This document shows, piece by piece, positions 9,257 through 19,106 of a stretch of DNA of 34,503 nt. Source of the stretch: a virus (Duplodnaviria > Caudoviricetes); IMG/VR virus record IMGVR_UViG_3300044850_000102, positions 1 through 34,503 of that record. One strand, given 5' to 3'. Every line of letters starts with the position of its first letter. The first letter of the stretch is position 1. The position numbers and the translations under genes were made by a program. A model generated the notes under the pieces. The model was not told where the DNA came from. It was given only the letters and a program-made list of their open reading frames with translations, and did no database searches.

Positions 9257-9720
9257 TATATCGCTCCATAGAGTTCAAGGGCGACCGGTGCATTGGATGC
9301 TGCGTCGGGAATGGCATTAAAACCCATGGTGACTGGCCAGTCCAGAACTACGCCAATGTATTGGGTATCAGAAAACGTGTAATTTGAAAGCTCAAGTTCA
9401 AAGCGGGTCGGAGCGGATGCATTCATATTGAAACGCGGCGAAAATGTAAACGCGACCCAGCCATAAAAATTATCGGTCGCGTCATATTTTTGTTCGATTG
9501 CCGATACCAAAACTTCCTGGCTCTCACTCAGTAGAACGTCAGAGACATAGGCATTCACCCGCATGCTAACAGTCGGCTGCAGTCCTCTTTTAAAAATCTG
9601 GATGCGATAGAGAGAGAGTTGCTGATTATCATCCGGTTCAACGGTTCCGAGATCTATCGTGTAAGGCGCTCCATTTGAAATGATCACAGCAATGCTGTCA
9701 GGGTATTGCCTGAATGCCAT
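9256..9720 (-). CDS. Putative minor tail protein (154 aa)
   Basis: Stop/start overlaps with both neighbours within the tail module. Confidence 0.6.
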   Translation of the reverse strand: MAFRQYPDSIAVIISNGAPYTIDLGTVEPDDNQQLSLYRIQIFKRGLQPTVSMRVNAYVSDVLLSESQEVLVSAIEQKYDATDNFYGWVAFTFSPRFNMNASAPTRFELELSNYTFSDTQYIGVVLDWPVTMGFNAIPDAASNAPVALELYGAI

Positions 9721-10529
9721 TAGACCACCTCACGCAAAGCAAAGGCCACATTGAACTTGTTCAGATAGGCATGTGTTAGCTTAGGAATATCCTCGAAATA
9801 TGATAGGAGGCTTCCAAACTGGAATGAGTAAGCTATTTCAAGCGGGTCCAGTACGAAAATGAACGGGACCGAGAGTCCGAGTTTTTCGACCGACGATAGG
9901 AGTTTAGTTCGATCATCAGTACCAAGGTAAGTCCAGCCCATAGCAGAAAATATAGAATATTGAAGTTTTCTAACGCTATAGATAACACCCGAATCACTTG
10001 TCGCCCTTCTCGTTAGATCATTCCGTTCGAATTGAAATTGCTGCTTTGCATTGAATTGAAAGTCAATGTGATCGCCAAGGAATATTGCAGAGACTTCGAT
10101 ATCACTCGGGTTAAAGCTGTCATCGATGGTTATTTGCCAAAATCTATATTGCTGGCCTGTTGGGTTATCATCGTCGGTCAGATCACAGAAAACACCCTTA
10201 TCAGTAACTTGGGCCTGCTTTGTGAAAGGTTCATCGCCCTCGAACAGGTCAATCATGTTGGCTTTTAGCGTGATCACGGCTTGATTGCTGATAGTCAGGT
10301 ACTTATCGACTTCCCCAAACATTGCAAAAAAGCTGCACTGCTTATTTGCCTGCATATCAATCTGAATCGTGAAGCTTTTCGTCGTAGGCTTCCATATTTT
10401 CCCGCGCTGCTTGAAATTGAGCGCATTGGAAAATGGAAAACCAGGTTCAGAGGATACCGTAATCACGGAACTATCAAGCTGATTGTTATCACAGATTCTG
10501 GCATTGCGCCTTAGTTTGATATTGCTCAT
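9720..10529 (-). CDS. Putative distal tail protein (269 aa)
   Basis: Directly after the tape measure gene (ATGA overlap); YRFWQITI beta-sandwich motif; ends in FALREVV. Confidence 0.6.
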   Translation of the reverse strand: MSNIKLRRNARICDNNQLDSSVITVSSEPGFPFSNALNFKQRGKIWKPTTKSFTIQIDMQANKQCSFFAMFGEVDKYLTISNQAVITLKANMIDLFEGDEPFTKQAQVTDKGVFCDLTDDDNPTGQQYRFWQITIDDSFNPSDIEVSAIFLGDHIDFQFNAKQQFQFERNDLTRRATSDSGVIYSVRKLQYSIFSAMGWTYLGTDDRTKLLSSVEKLGLSVPFIFVLDPLEIAYSFQFGSLLSYFEDIPKLTHAYLNKFNVAFALREVV

Positions 10530-12760
10530 GCATCCCTCGCCTTGCTTTTTTGGATTTGTCTGTCACTATTACGGCTTGGGCTTATTCGTGACGGACCTTC
10601 CGGAAGCTGCGGAACTTCTGCGGGTGTTGTGGGCGTTTCAATGCTTCCACTGGAACCCACGTTAATTGAAATTGCATCAATGCGATCAGCAACTCGGGAT
10701 AGGCCAGCCACGATCTGCGTTAGCTTATCGTTAACCGTTCCAAAAGTGATCGTATTCAGAATTTTTGCCTGTATTTCGTTTGATTGCTGAAGTAGAACGA
10801 TCTGATCAGCTGTCACACCGCCTTGCAGGGAATTTTGCAGGTCTTCGAAGTTAGACTTCGGAACGACAACCTCACCCGGCGTGAGCAATGCTGGTACTGT
10901 GTCCTTGTTGCCGACGCCCGGAACAATACCACCCTCTGCGAATGCAAAACGCTGCGAACGGATTTCATTTAGTCTTGATGTTCCTATGGCAATTGCTGCA
11001 GCGGCTGCTACAGCACCCAAACCGGGTCCTACAATTGGGATTCCAGCCAGTGACTTATAGGCTTCTATAGCTGTAACTGGAATGGATATGGCTGCCTGTG
11101 CGATAGCTGCAGCCTTACCGAGTTCGAATGCTTCCCTAGACTTGCTTTTTGTGAGTTCTGCAATTACAGAAAGGCCCTTTTGCGCAGTCTGCGCACGTTG
11201 TGCATAGTTCTGTTCATCAAATCGCTTTTTTGCATTTTCGTTTTGGACGAAAAGATTAAATTCTTCATCCTGCGCTTTTTTAGTTTGGGCCTTTCGCTTT
11301 TCATCCCCGGCTTTTTCCTGGGCCAGCTGTTTATTGATACGGTCCTGGTCGCGAAGTAACTCAGCCTCATCAAATTGACCAAGCTGCGCGAGCCGGTCGG
11401 CTTCGATCTTAAGGCGTTCGGCTGTCAACTCTGCTTCGCGTTCCTGCAGGCGAGCAATCTTTTCTTCGTCCTGCGTACCTTCCTGCTCGGCAAGTATCGC
11501 TTGTCTTACAGCTGATTCCTGGAAGGCTATTTCAGTTATCTTTTTTTCTTTTTCCTGAAGCCGTGCCAGTTCCTGTGCAGCCGCTTTGTCACGTTCCTCT
11601 TGCTCTTTCGCTGCTAGTTCAGCAGCAATGCCACCTTCCTTTGATGACTTTTTTTCTGCAAGGCGCTTTGCCTCCTCGCCTTCTGCCCTTTTGTTTTCCT
11701 CTTCGACCCGCTTGTTTCGCTCGGTAGTTAAATCGATGATTTCCTGGTTTACTGCTTTAATTTTTGCGGCAATGTTACGCTTTTCAGCTTCTAGTCCAGC
11801 TTCGCCGCCAGTAAACAGTAGACTTGTCAGGGTCTGTTTTATCGAACCTTTTGGATTCGAAAGATTTCCAAATATCGTTTCCAGTTCCTGCAGCCGTTCC
11901 TTCAGCTTTGCAATTTGCTGTTCCTCTGGACTTGCTGCCAGCTTATTTCTTTCCTGAACAAATTCTCTGATTGAGTCTATGACCGCCGTCAATCCTTGAG
12001 CATATTCAGAAAATGCTGGTGCAGCCTGCTTTCCAAGCTCAGCTGCTAAAATCGTAAAGGAATCTTTTAGTGTGTTAAGTGAACCGGAAACGGTTTTAGA
12101 AAGTCGCTCAGTGGACCCGAAAAACTGACCGCCCTCGGAAGTCATCTTTTGAAATGCGGCTGCAACGTCATCGGAGGTTATTTTGCCCTGTTCACGTAGC
12201 TTTCTGAGGCTACCTTCAGCAACGCCCAGGCTTTCCGAAAGAATCGGTCCGATGTTAACGCCACGTTCGACAAGCTGATTGAACCGCTCGCCCGTAAGCT
12301 TTCCTTCAGCCTGAATCTGTCCGAAAATTGTCGCAAGATCGGAAAGGTCGGTTCCAGTCGCTGCTGAAACTTCTCCCAATTGTCTTAGCTGCTCGATTGA
12401 TTGGCTAGTTGTCGATCCAAACGCCAGTAGCGTTCTATTGGCGGTGGCTACTTCAGCAAGTTCGAAAGGCGATGATGCTGCAAAGGCTGATAGTCTTTCT
12501 AGCTGCCGTTGCGCTCCCTGCGCCGATCCAGTAAAGGCGATAAACTGGGTCGTGAGGTCCTCCATCTCACGCGTAGCATTGAGGACAAAATCAAATGTTC
12601 CTTTTAGAGCGGCAAGACCTCCGATTGCCGCGCCTACTTTCGTAAACGCAGAACCGAGTCCATTGACTTCCTTCTCTGCGTCCTTCGACTGTTTTGAGAG
12701 GTTCCCAAGCGGGTCCGTTGGCTCTGTCTTGATTGCTATCGTTAGGCTGGCATCTGCCAC
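10526..12760 (-). CDS. Tail tape measure protein (744 aa)
   Basis: Tape-measure domain (AASSPFEL..V.TA.R.LLAFG, FGQIQAEGKLTGE..NQL.ERG), long coiled coil and FAEGGIVPG..DTVPALLTPGE. GTG start with RBS AGAGGT. Confidence 0.92.
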   Translation of the reverse strand: MADASLTIAIKTEPTDPLGNLSKQSKDAEKEVNGLGSAFTKVGAAIGGLAALKGTFDFVLNATREMEDLTTQFIAFTGSAQGAQRQLERLSAFAASSPFELAEVATANRTLLAFGSTTSQSIEQLRQLGEVSAATGTDLSDLATIFGQIQAEGKLTGERFNQLVERGVNIGPILSESLGVAEGSLRKLREQGKITSDDVAAAFQKMTSEGGQFFGSTERLSKTVSGSLNTLKDSFTILAAELGKQAAPAFSEYAQGLTAVIDSIREFVQERNKLAASPEEQQIAKLKERLQELETIFGNLSNPKGSIKQTLTSLLFTGGEAGLEAEKRNIAAKIKAVNQEIIDLTTERNKRVEEENKRAEGEEAKRLAEKKSSKEGGIAAELAAKEQEERDKAAAQELARLQEKEKKITEIAFQESAVRQAILAEQEGTQDEEKIARLQEREAELTAERLKIEADRLAQLGQFDEAELLRDQDRINKQLAQEKAGDEKRKAQTKKAQDEEFNLFVQNENAKKRFDEQNYAQRAQTAQKGLSVIAELTKSKSREAFELGKAAAIAQAAISIPVTAIEAYKSLAGIPIVGPGLGAVAAAAAIAIGTSRLNEIRSQRFAFAEGGIVPGVGNKDTVPALLTPGEVVVPKSNFEDLQNSLQGGVTADQIVLLQQSNEIQAKILNTITFGTVNDKLTQIVAGLSRVADRIDAISINVGSSGSIETPTTPAEVPQLPEGPSRISPSRNSDRQIQKSKARDA

Positions 12761-12763
12761 GGT

Positions 12764-13293
12764 TTACCTCTTTTTTGACTGGTATTCATCGAGCCTAGCC
12801 GAAAGGTAACTCACCAGCGAAAACTGCCTGGCTGAAAATTCCTGGACAGTGAGGCCGGAAAGCCCGAGCCGCTGGGTACCGCGGACGAGTTCGAGGATTT
12901 CCACGGCCAGCCTAACGTCTTCCTGGCATTCCTCTATCCCGTCAAGGTACGGTAGCCCTGCGACTATGTTGACCGCCGCCAGCCTTAAGGCTTTTTTGCC
13001 GATTCACTCAGCCGCGCGCCTGCGAGGTCCCAAGCCATTTCAATAAAAGCATCGACATTTTCCCGATCATTCAAAAGTTCATCAATTGAATCAATGGCTC
13101 CTTCAATAGCGACGATAAACGCTCGCCCGGCTTCAATGGCTTTAAGAGTTCTTAGATAAATATCAGACTGGCACTGTTCGGAGTACCAGCCCGAATGCGA
13201 GAAGAACTGCAGCTGCTCGATCACGTTCGGAACGCGATACTTGATACAACCGCCGTTTTTAAGTTTTTGTTCTTTGATATGGCTCATGCTCAT
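12764..13293 (-). CDS. Tail assembly chaperone -1 frameshift product (gpGT-like, about 176 aa)
   Basis: A -1 shift at 12997-12991 opens 75 more codons (ALRLAAVNIV...EYQSKKR), ending 3 nt before the tape measure start. Confidence 0.75.
12985..13293 (-). CDS. Tail assembly chaperone (gpG-like)
   Basis: Lies between the tail tube and tape measure genes; ends GCA AAA AAG CCT TAA, containing the slippery heptamer A AAA AAG. Confidence 0.75.
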   Translation of the reverse strand: MSMSHIKEQKLKNGGCIKYRVPNVIEQLQFFSHSGWYSEQCQSDIYLRTLKAIEAGRAFIVAIEGAIDSIDELLNDRENVDAFIEMAWDLAGARLSESAKKP

Positions 13294-13299
13294 CCAGTG

Positions 13300-14826
13300 T
13301 TACAGGAAATTGATATAAATGTCTTCCAGGTCATCCCCGACAAACGCTGTAGCCTCGAACTGTTCTACGACATAGCCATCCTGATCTGCGATCGTGTTCG
13401 AGGTAATCGAGCATGTCGGGCAAAACACGGAAACGACAGTTCCAGGAACCCAGTTTCCTGCAGTCTTGCGGCCATGAACGAAGGATAGCTGGGTTTCCAC
13501 GTTATTGATCAGGTTATAAAAACGCTGCACATCATGCTTTTTAAATTTGAGAGTTCCGGAAATAGTCACCTCACGGCTGAGGATGATGCTTTCATCAATC
13601 CCGGTTTCCGCGCACCAGTTGGGGACGTCCGTCTTAGGCGTTGCGATCGAAACAGTGAGAGCCTGGCCGCCAACGCAGATATAATCCGAGAAAGTGCCGA
13701 GAAGGAGCATGTTATCCCGGACGACTTGCGGGGTCTGGCTGTCATAGGCAGGCGTGACAGCTGGGTCATAGGTCTGCGCGTTGTCCGAAGTGTAAGTAAG
13801 TGCGCCAGTATCGTCGGTATTGTTAAATCCTAATGTGGTTTTGGCAGAGTTCGCCGTGTTTGCGCCCGTATTCCAAAGGAGCGACAGGACAGACCCGTCA
13901 GAGCTAATAGTGAACTTACCGTCAGTATTTGACCAGGTGCAGCTGATGATATCCCCAGCAGATGCAGCCGAGGCTGAGGTCATTTTGCTGGCAATCTCAG
14001 CCGCAAGGTCGATCGGTGTCGCATACCACTCTTGATCCAGTTGGCATGATACAGTACCAACCGAATCAGTAAAGTCGATGAAGCTAGTGCTGGCGGTGAT
14101 TTCCATTGGGTCAACGTAATAGCGAACCCCGCCGATTTCAAAGGTCACGGCTGCGAGTTCATTGGCTGTAAATTCCATATTCATGGCCGTTGTCCTGCAG
14201 CCTGCGATCATCTGATGTAATGCAGACGATGCCGAGGCTTGATACATGTGGCTTGTGTATGTCGGTTGAGTTGTGCTCGGGAGGTAAAGGACGGCTTTTC
14301 CAAGGCCTACGCCAGCCGCTGGTGCTGTCTGAAAGTTGAATGACATTGGAAGGTCGGTCGCAGTTGCGCCGTCCCATACGTTCCGCACTGCATAGCCGTT
14401 CACGCCATCCTTTAGCAGGATACCCTGACCATTTTGAAAGTTGGTCGATGCGCTTGTGACTTTCAGAATTGCCCGCGTTGTGGCCGTCCCTGCAGTCGAT
14501 GATGCGTTGGTTGTGTATTGCGTTCCATTGACATCAACCGCGCCAAGGCATGCCTCCAAAAGGACTCCGTAGTCGGGTGCCTGGCCCTCGACTCCACTAG
14601 GTTTTAGATATTTTGGTATACTAGCTGTGGGTGCTTGGGAAGTCACAAAAGCTTTGGATGCGCCGATCGAGTTCCGAAGCTCATCGGATGTGACCGTATT
14701 CACCGCGCCAGCAAAGCTTGCTCCTTCACGCACAACGGTGAAATCAGAGTCCGCCGGCAATTCTGGTTCGCCTTCGGTGACTTCTCTCACAAATGCGAAT
14801 ACTGATGACCGTGTAGCAAATGCCAT
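13300..14826 (-). CDS. Major tail tube protein with inserted domains (508 aa)
   Basis: Position before the chaperone; N-terminal VREVTEG and C-terminal REVTISGTL..F.ATA tube-like motifs. Confidence 0.72.
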   Translation of the reverse strand: MAFATRSSVFAFVREVTEGEPELPADSDFTVVREGASFAGAVNTVTSDELRNSIGASKAFVTSQAPTASIPKYLKPSGVEGQAPDYGVLLEACLGAVDVNGTQYTTNASSTAGTATTRAILKVTSASTNFQNGQGILLKDGVNGYAVRNVWDGATATDLPMSFNFQTAPAAGVGLGKAVLYLPSTTQPTYTSHMYQASASSALHQMIAGCRTTAMNMEFTANELAAVTFEIGGVRYYVDPMEITASTSFIDFTDSVGTVSCQLDQEWYATPIDLAAEIASKMTSASAASAGDIISCTWSNTDGKFTISSDGSVLSLLWNTGANTANSAKTTLGFNNTDDTGALTYTSDNAQTYDPAVTPAYDSQTPQVVRDNMLLLGTFSDYICVGGQALTVSIATPKTDVPNWCAETGIDESIILSREVTISGTLKFKKHDVQRFYNLINNVETQLSFVHGRKTAGNWVPGTVVSVFCPTCSITSNTIADQDGYVVEQFEATAFVGDDLEDIYINFL

Positions 14827-14828
14827 TT

Positions 14829-15278
14829 TTAAGTCTCCTCAATATAGTCAACCGAAGTAGTGATCACGCAGATAATGAACTGTTTCCTATCGTCGATGAG
14901 ATATTCGAGGCCATTATCCAGCGCAAAAAAAGAGTTTATGTTTTCCCCTGTAAGGGTTGGATCCTTTTCGAGTGCAGCCAAAACCAAGAATTCATCATCC
15001 ATGAGAGAGTTTTCAAGGCTCTCCCTATAGTCTGCATCCATGTTTGGCGTATAGACATTAGTTAGAATGATCTGAAACTGTCGCCTAATCCTAATGTAAC
15101 CAGCGCAGAATTCATCTGATACTCGTTCGGCTGGCCCAAAACCAATCGAATAGCCCTTCACCATCAGAGTATTGGCATTATCCAAAGTTTCATAGCTATC
15201 GGAGAGCTTAACATAAGCAGGAAGAACGCCTTGCACAAGCGTATTGAGTGCCGATCTGATTTCTGTAACCTTACTCAC
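14829..15278 (-). CDS. Putative tail terminator/completion protein
   Basis: 149 aa, acidic, immediately before the tail tube gene. Positional inference. Confidence 0.55.
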   Translation of the reverse strand: MSKVTEIRSALNTLVQGVLPAYVKLSDSYETLDNANTLMVKGYSIGFGPAERVSDEFCAGYIRIRRQFQIILTNVYTPNMDADYRESLENSLMDDEFLVLAALEKDPTLTGENINSFFALDNGLEYLIDDRKQFIICVITTSVDYIEET

Positions 15279-16129
15279 CGGCTCGCCCTTCCCGTGGTAA
15301 CAAGGGCTTTCTCTACCCTCTCAAGCCTTGCGTTGCCGTTCACGTCCGTGCGGAACTTGTCCTGCGTCATCGCCCGCTCAAAGTTTTCAGCTGCAAGCTT
15401 GATTTCCTCGGAATAGTTCCGCGCGCCCAACCCTGAATAGATGATGTGCGCAGTTTTATGTACCGAAGGGCTTCGAAGTGTTGCAATGTCGAGAATCTGG
15501 TTATCTGAGAAAATGATATTTCTTTGGCCCATGATTTTGGCAATGTATAGCGCCGAAAGAAGGTGCTGGTCTTCCCAGTCGGTCTTTCCCTGCGCCCAGC
15601 CTGCAATTATTTGCTGGTTTTGAAGGATCGGGTATTCCATGAATAGGTCATAGTCCGATGAAAATCGCTGGCCAATATATGAAAGCGTGAACGTGGTCAC
15701 CGTTGCGAATGATATGCGGAGCCAGTAGCCATCATAAATAGTTGGGCCATCGGCCAGTGCATCAATATCACGCGATGAATCTGTAACCACTCCCCAGTTT
15801 TTGTCAAAATTGGGAGTCCACTGGACCACACCGCTTTGCTTCATTCCGCCTGTATAGTCGAGTGAATCGACAACAGTACTCCATTCATTCGGTGCATTCA
15901 AAAGCTGAATAACAGGCGATCGAGCAGCCACACTACCAGTAGAAAAGCGAAAAAACTTATGATTGAATGGCAGAAAAGTTGAAATATAAAGGTAATCGCC
16001 TGCGTTAAAAGTAAGCGCGATATTTTGCCCATTTTTCCACTCATTCAAGGCTACCGTATAATCTGTCCAGCTTGGAACTGAAGCATCGTAAAAGAATATA
16101 CGCTGGTCCTGGTTTGATTGCATGATCAA
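15275..16129 (-). CDS. Putative head-tail adaptor/neck protein (284 aa)
   Basis: Beta-rich N-domain (YWLRI) plus a helical C-domain; located in the neck region with overlapping stop/start codons. Confidence 0.55.
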   Translation of the reverse strand: MIMQSNQDQRIFFYDASVPSWTDYTVALNEWKNGQNIALTFNAGDYLYISTFLPFNHKFFRFSTGSVAARSPVIQLLNAPNEWSTVVDSLDYTGGMKQSGVVQWTPNFDKNWGVVTDSSRDIDALADGPTIYDGYWLRISFATVTTFTLSYIGQRFSSDYDLFMEYPILQNQQIIAGWAQGKTDWEDQHLLSALYIAKIMGQRNIIFSDNQILDIATLRSPSVHKTAHIIYSGLGARNYSEEIKLAAENFERAMTQDKFRTDVNGNARLERVEKALVTTGRASR

Positions 16130-16704
16130 ACCTCCCTCATTATGGCAGACATTCTTTGGTATGTAAGGCCAGCCGCGGTTAAGTTATCCCGAATTCTAAT
16201 TATGATCTGGTCGCCTGCCTCATATATTGCTGAATCAATTAATTGCAGCGATGCATTAAAAACTTCTTCGTTTTCGTTTCCCGTTATCTTTCTGGTAGTG
16301 TCTACTACAGTTGAAACGTGGTTAAGGTCCATAAAGGTCTTGATAGTAAAGAAAAGAAATTCAGTTCCTTCCATTTTCTGCAAAATCTGAATGCCATTAG
16401 TCAGCCCACCGGATATCGTCCCATAATCTAGAATTGACTCGGGAGTGTTCGCCACGACGGAAAAATCAATGTGATCGAGAATAGCTCGGTTTGGGAAGTT
16501 TAGGATGAAGTCCACTGGGGTAACCGAACCGTTTACAAGCTGATCCTTGCTTCCAGCATTCTCGGCATATCGGACTTCGTAGCGATAGCTTTCTACAGGA
16601 ATAACGGGCCGACCTGTAGGCTGTACGCGGACTGTGGAACTGACATTGCTCCCGCCAGGAAGGTACTTTCCGCGCTCAAGATCTGTCAATCCATAGCCTG
16701 CCAT
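16126..16704 (-). CDS. Hypothetical virion protein (192 aa)
   Basis: In operon with RBS AGGAG; VNGSVTPVDF and GGLTNGI beta-rich segments. Confidence 0.6.
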   Translation of the reverse strand: MAGYGLTDLERGKYLPGGSNVSSTVRVQPTGRPVIPVESYRYEVRYAENAGSKDQLVNGSVTPVDFILNFPNRAILDHIDFSVVANTPESILDYGTISGGLTNGIQILQKMEGTEFLFFTIKTFMDLNHVSTVVDTTRKITGNENEEVFNASLQLIDSAIYEAGDQIIIRIRDNLTAAGLTYQRMSAIMREV

Positions 16705-16709
16705 ACTCT

Positions 16710-16949
16710 TTACTCCTGAATGATACTCGAATCATTAGCCGATGGAGCGGGCTTTTTTTCTTTTGCCGGTTTTTCCTTTGCTGTCACCTGCAGGATAGCA
16801 AAAGGAAAACCGTTTGGTTTCAACCCGATTTCCACAATCCGCGCTGGTACACGTATCTGAGTTATCATGCGTTCTTTCAGATTATCAAAGCTGCGTCCGT
16901 CGATCATGACAAGGTTCGAAAAGCCGTTAATATCCTCGATTGGATCCAT
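16710..16949 (-). CDS. Small hypothetical protein (79 aa)
   Basis: First ORF after the capsid terminator; Lys/Pro-rich tail. Confidence 0.55.
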   Translation of the reverse strand: MDPIEDINGFSNLVMIDGRSFDNLKERMITQIRVPARIVEIGLKPNGFPFAILQVTAKEKPAKEKKPAPSANDSSIIQE

Positions 16950-16963
16950 GTGAGGCCCTTTGG

Positions 16964-17000
16964 AAAAAGGGGACGGTCACGGATTAGTGTGAACGCCCCC
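16964..17000 (-). terminator. Terminator/attenuator after the major capsid gene
   Basis: Minus strand GGGGGCGTTCAC-actaatcc-GTGACCGTCCCC followed by TTTTT. Confidence 0.55.
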
Positions 17001-17044
17001 CGGAGTTCTGAGACTAGGGAAAAACTATCAATCCTTGGCCCTAA

Positions 17045-17914
17045 TTAAGCACCAGTCTGGACTTTGATATGGCGCCCAGCACCTTGTATACCGAGTTTTG
17101 CACCAATTACCCAGTCAACCGACATGACGAAAGCGAATTCGTTTTGCGAATGCTTGTCGGAAATTTTAAAACGGGGTTCGTATTGGCTGACCATATAGAG
17201 ATAATCGGGATGGAAAAATAGCCCACCTGCCGTTGCGCCAGCTGTCTGGGTATTGTCTTCGAAAATACTAAACCCATAGCGCTTAAGGCCGATCTGCCCA
17301 CTGATCACTGGAGCATCGCTGCCAACAAAGTCAGCGCTTGTAAAGGTCGTATCGACCAAAAGGTCCGAGTAATACTGTGGTGCGAGCAGGCCGTACCACG
17401 GCTTATTGTAGCTCCACTTTGCAATTGCAGCTGTTTCACGTGCTAGAGCAACGGTAGCAGCTGTCATTGTGGCAATCGAAGGAATTGTGGTAGTGGGCGC
17501 AGAAAGCGAATAGAGATAGGTGTTCAGCTGATTGCTGATAGCTTGCACCATGGCTTGACGGACTTCTGTTGCCCTTGAACCTACAGGATCGATCATCGTC
17601 TGAATAGCAACAAGGTCGTGGAAGTCGTAAGATGCGACGAGACGTTGATCCGCAGTGATCGTCACGCTGGAGAGAGACATTGTCTCTGGCGTGAATGTCC
17701 GACCAACGCCAGCACCATCAATCGTCAAACGCTGACCGGTCGGTGCATTGATCTGGTTGACCACAACACTGTTACCCATTTCGCGTAGGTCACCAGTGTA
17801 TTCGCGGTTTACGAGGTTAAAGAGCAGGTTAGTCTGGCGCAATTCATCCATGAACATGGGAGCCCAAAAGGTTTGAATTGCACTCGTTACGTTGTCTAGA
17901 TCTGTATTAGCCAT
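17045..17914 (-). CDS. Major capsid protein (P22-coat-like HK97 fold)
   Basis: Motifs FWAPMFMDEL, LVNREYTGDL..MGNSV, GQIGLKRYGFSIFE and DWVIGAK; follows the scaffold gene. Confidence 0.85.
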   Translation of the reverse strand: MANTDLDNVTSAIQTFWAPMFMDELRQTNLLFNLVNREYTGDLREMGNSVVVNQINAPTGQRLTIDGAGVGRTFTPETMSLSSVTITADQRLVASYDFHDLVAIQTMIDPVGSRATEVRQAMVQAISNQLNTYLYSLSAPTTTIPSIATMTAATVALARETAAIAKWSYNKPWYGLLAPQYYSDLLVDTTFTSADFVGSDAPVISGQIGLKRYGFSIFEDNTQTAGATAGGLFFHPDYLYMVSQYEPRFKISDKHSQNEFAFVMSVDWVIGAKLGIQGAGRHIKVQTGA

Positions 17915-17973
17915 TTAATCGTCCCTTCCCTGGCGTTTTTTATGGGAAGGGATGAAAAATCACCTTCCCGCGT

Positions 17974-18606
17974 TTACCATTTAAAGCTGTGGTTCACCCG
18001 TCCTGACTTCATTGCTTCCTGTTTTTCCTTGTAAGGAAGCCGCTTCCATTCATCGACACTCATTTTTTGGGCCGAGTTTCCGGTCTTGTCATTAGGGAGA
18101 AACTTGCTAGCTGGTAGCGTTAGCCTTGGGTGCTCTTTTGCAAACATATCGACAGCGCCAGCGACAGAGTTATGATCAATTCCACCTTCGTCTGTCAATT
18201 GTATCTGGTCGAGAGGCAAAAGGCCGAGATACTTCGCTTCCAGCTGTATACCTTTTTCCTGAAGGAGTCCCATAGCTGCATTCAGCTTCCGAAAGTCAGT
18301 CTGATCGCGTTCAAGGCGTTGCGCTTTCTCAAGTGCCTCAGCCTTTTCTCGTTTCAACTGTTCGATGAATTCGAGATGTCTTTTTTCGTCCAGTAGCTTC
18401 TGCTCTTGAATGGTTTTTTGCTCATTCTCGAATATCAAAAGTCTTTCTTGGGTTTCCTGCAGTCGCTTCCGAAGGCCCTTTTCCTGATTCAGCGTTTTCT
18501 CATACGTTTCATAGGAAATGTGCTTCGGCTTATCACTGCCCGATAAGGTCCCACCAGGACCAATTGAATCCCCGCCAGGGATATCTGAGGGATGTGAATC
18601 TGACAC
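17974..18606 (-). CDS. Capsid scaffolding protein
   Basis: Acidic/Gly N-terminus, long coiled coil and C-terminal MSVDEWKRLPYKEKQE motif; directly upstream of the capsid gene. GTG at 18606 has RBS GAAAGGT; the track start is 18621. Confidence 0.75.
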   Translation of the reverse strand: MSDSHPSDIPGGDSIGPGGTLSGSDKPKHISYETYEKTLNQEKGLRKRLQETQERLLIFENEQKTIQEQKLLDEKRHLEFIEQLKREKAEALEKAQRLERDQTDFRKLNAAMGLLQEKGIQLEAKYLGLLPLDQIQLTDEGGIDHNSVAGAVDMFAKEHPRLTLPASKFLPNDKTGNSAQKMSVDEWKRLPYKEKQEAMKSGRVNHSFKW

Positions 18607-18607
18607 T

Positions 18608-18637
18608 GTTATACCTTTCATTAAAAATAGTTGTCAA
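18608..18637 (-). promoter_or_regulatory. Sigma70-like promoter overlapping the scaffold RBS
   Basis: TTGACA-N18-TATAAC on the minus strand. Confidence 0.5.
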
Positions 18638-18644
18638 TGGCCCA

Positions 18645-19106
18645 CTAGCGTCTTGCCAAGTTACGTTTCACATACGCGGCTGCGTCCTTGATTTCCTTGC
18701 CTGAGAGAACGAGGAATCGCCGTCCCTGTTCCTCTTGCCATTCGGCCTTATCAGCTTCCTTTTGCGACCTGAAACCTATGAAAAGCTGGGATTTCGTCGC
18801 TCTCTTTAAAATCATAGCATCGAGCATTTTCCCTTTGAAGGTGAGGTTACTTGTCCGCCCGGTCGCTGCCTCTGGGTGTCTTTGTTGCTTTACTCTCCAT
18901 TTGGCATACTTGTCTGTGACTCGCCTAAGCCTCGCTGCATTTCCACCGGGTACAGATACGCCCTTAGCTTCCCCGCGCGTCCGCTTTCGAATTGTCTGAA
19001 TCAGATAGCCGCCGAGGTTTCGCATGGCTTCGTGTGAATTGATCTGATCGATGATTTTGGAGAACGCATTGACGACGGTTTGGGTTCCCTCAAGTCTCGC
19101 TGTCAT
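18645..19106 (-). CDS. Virion morphogenesis-like protein (basic)
   Basis: NLTFKGKMLDAM, KAEWQ and RRFLVLS resemble the L..TG.M...I / R.FLG signature of the family. Confidence 0.55.
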   Translation of the reverse strand: MTARLEGTQTVVNAFSKIIDQINSHEAMRNLGGYLIQTIRKRTRGEAKGVSVPGGNAARLRRVTDKYAKWRVKQQRHPEAATGRTSNLTFKGKMLDAMILKRATKSQLFIGFRSQKEADKAEWQEEQGRRFLVLSGKEIKDAAAYVKRNLARR

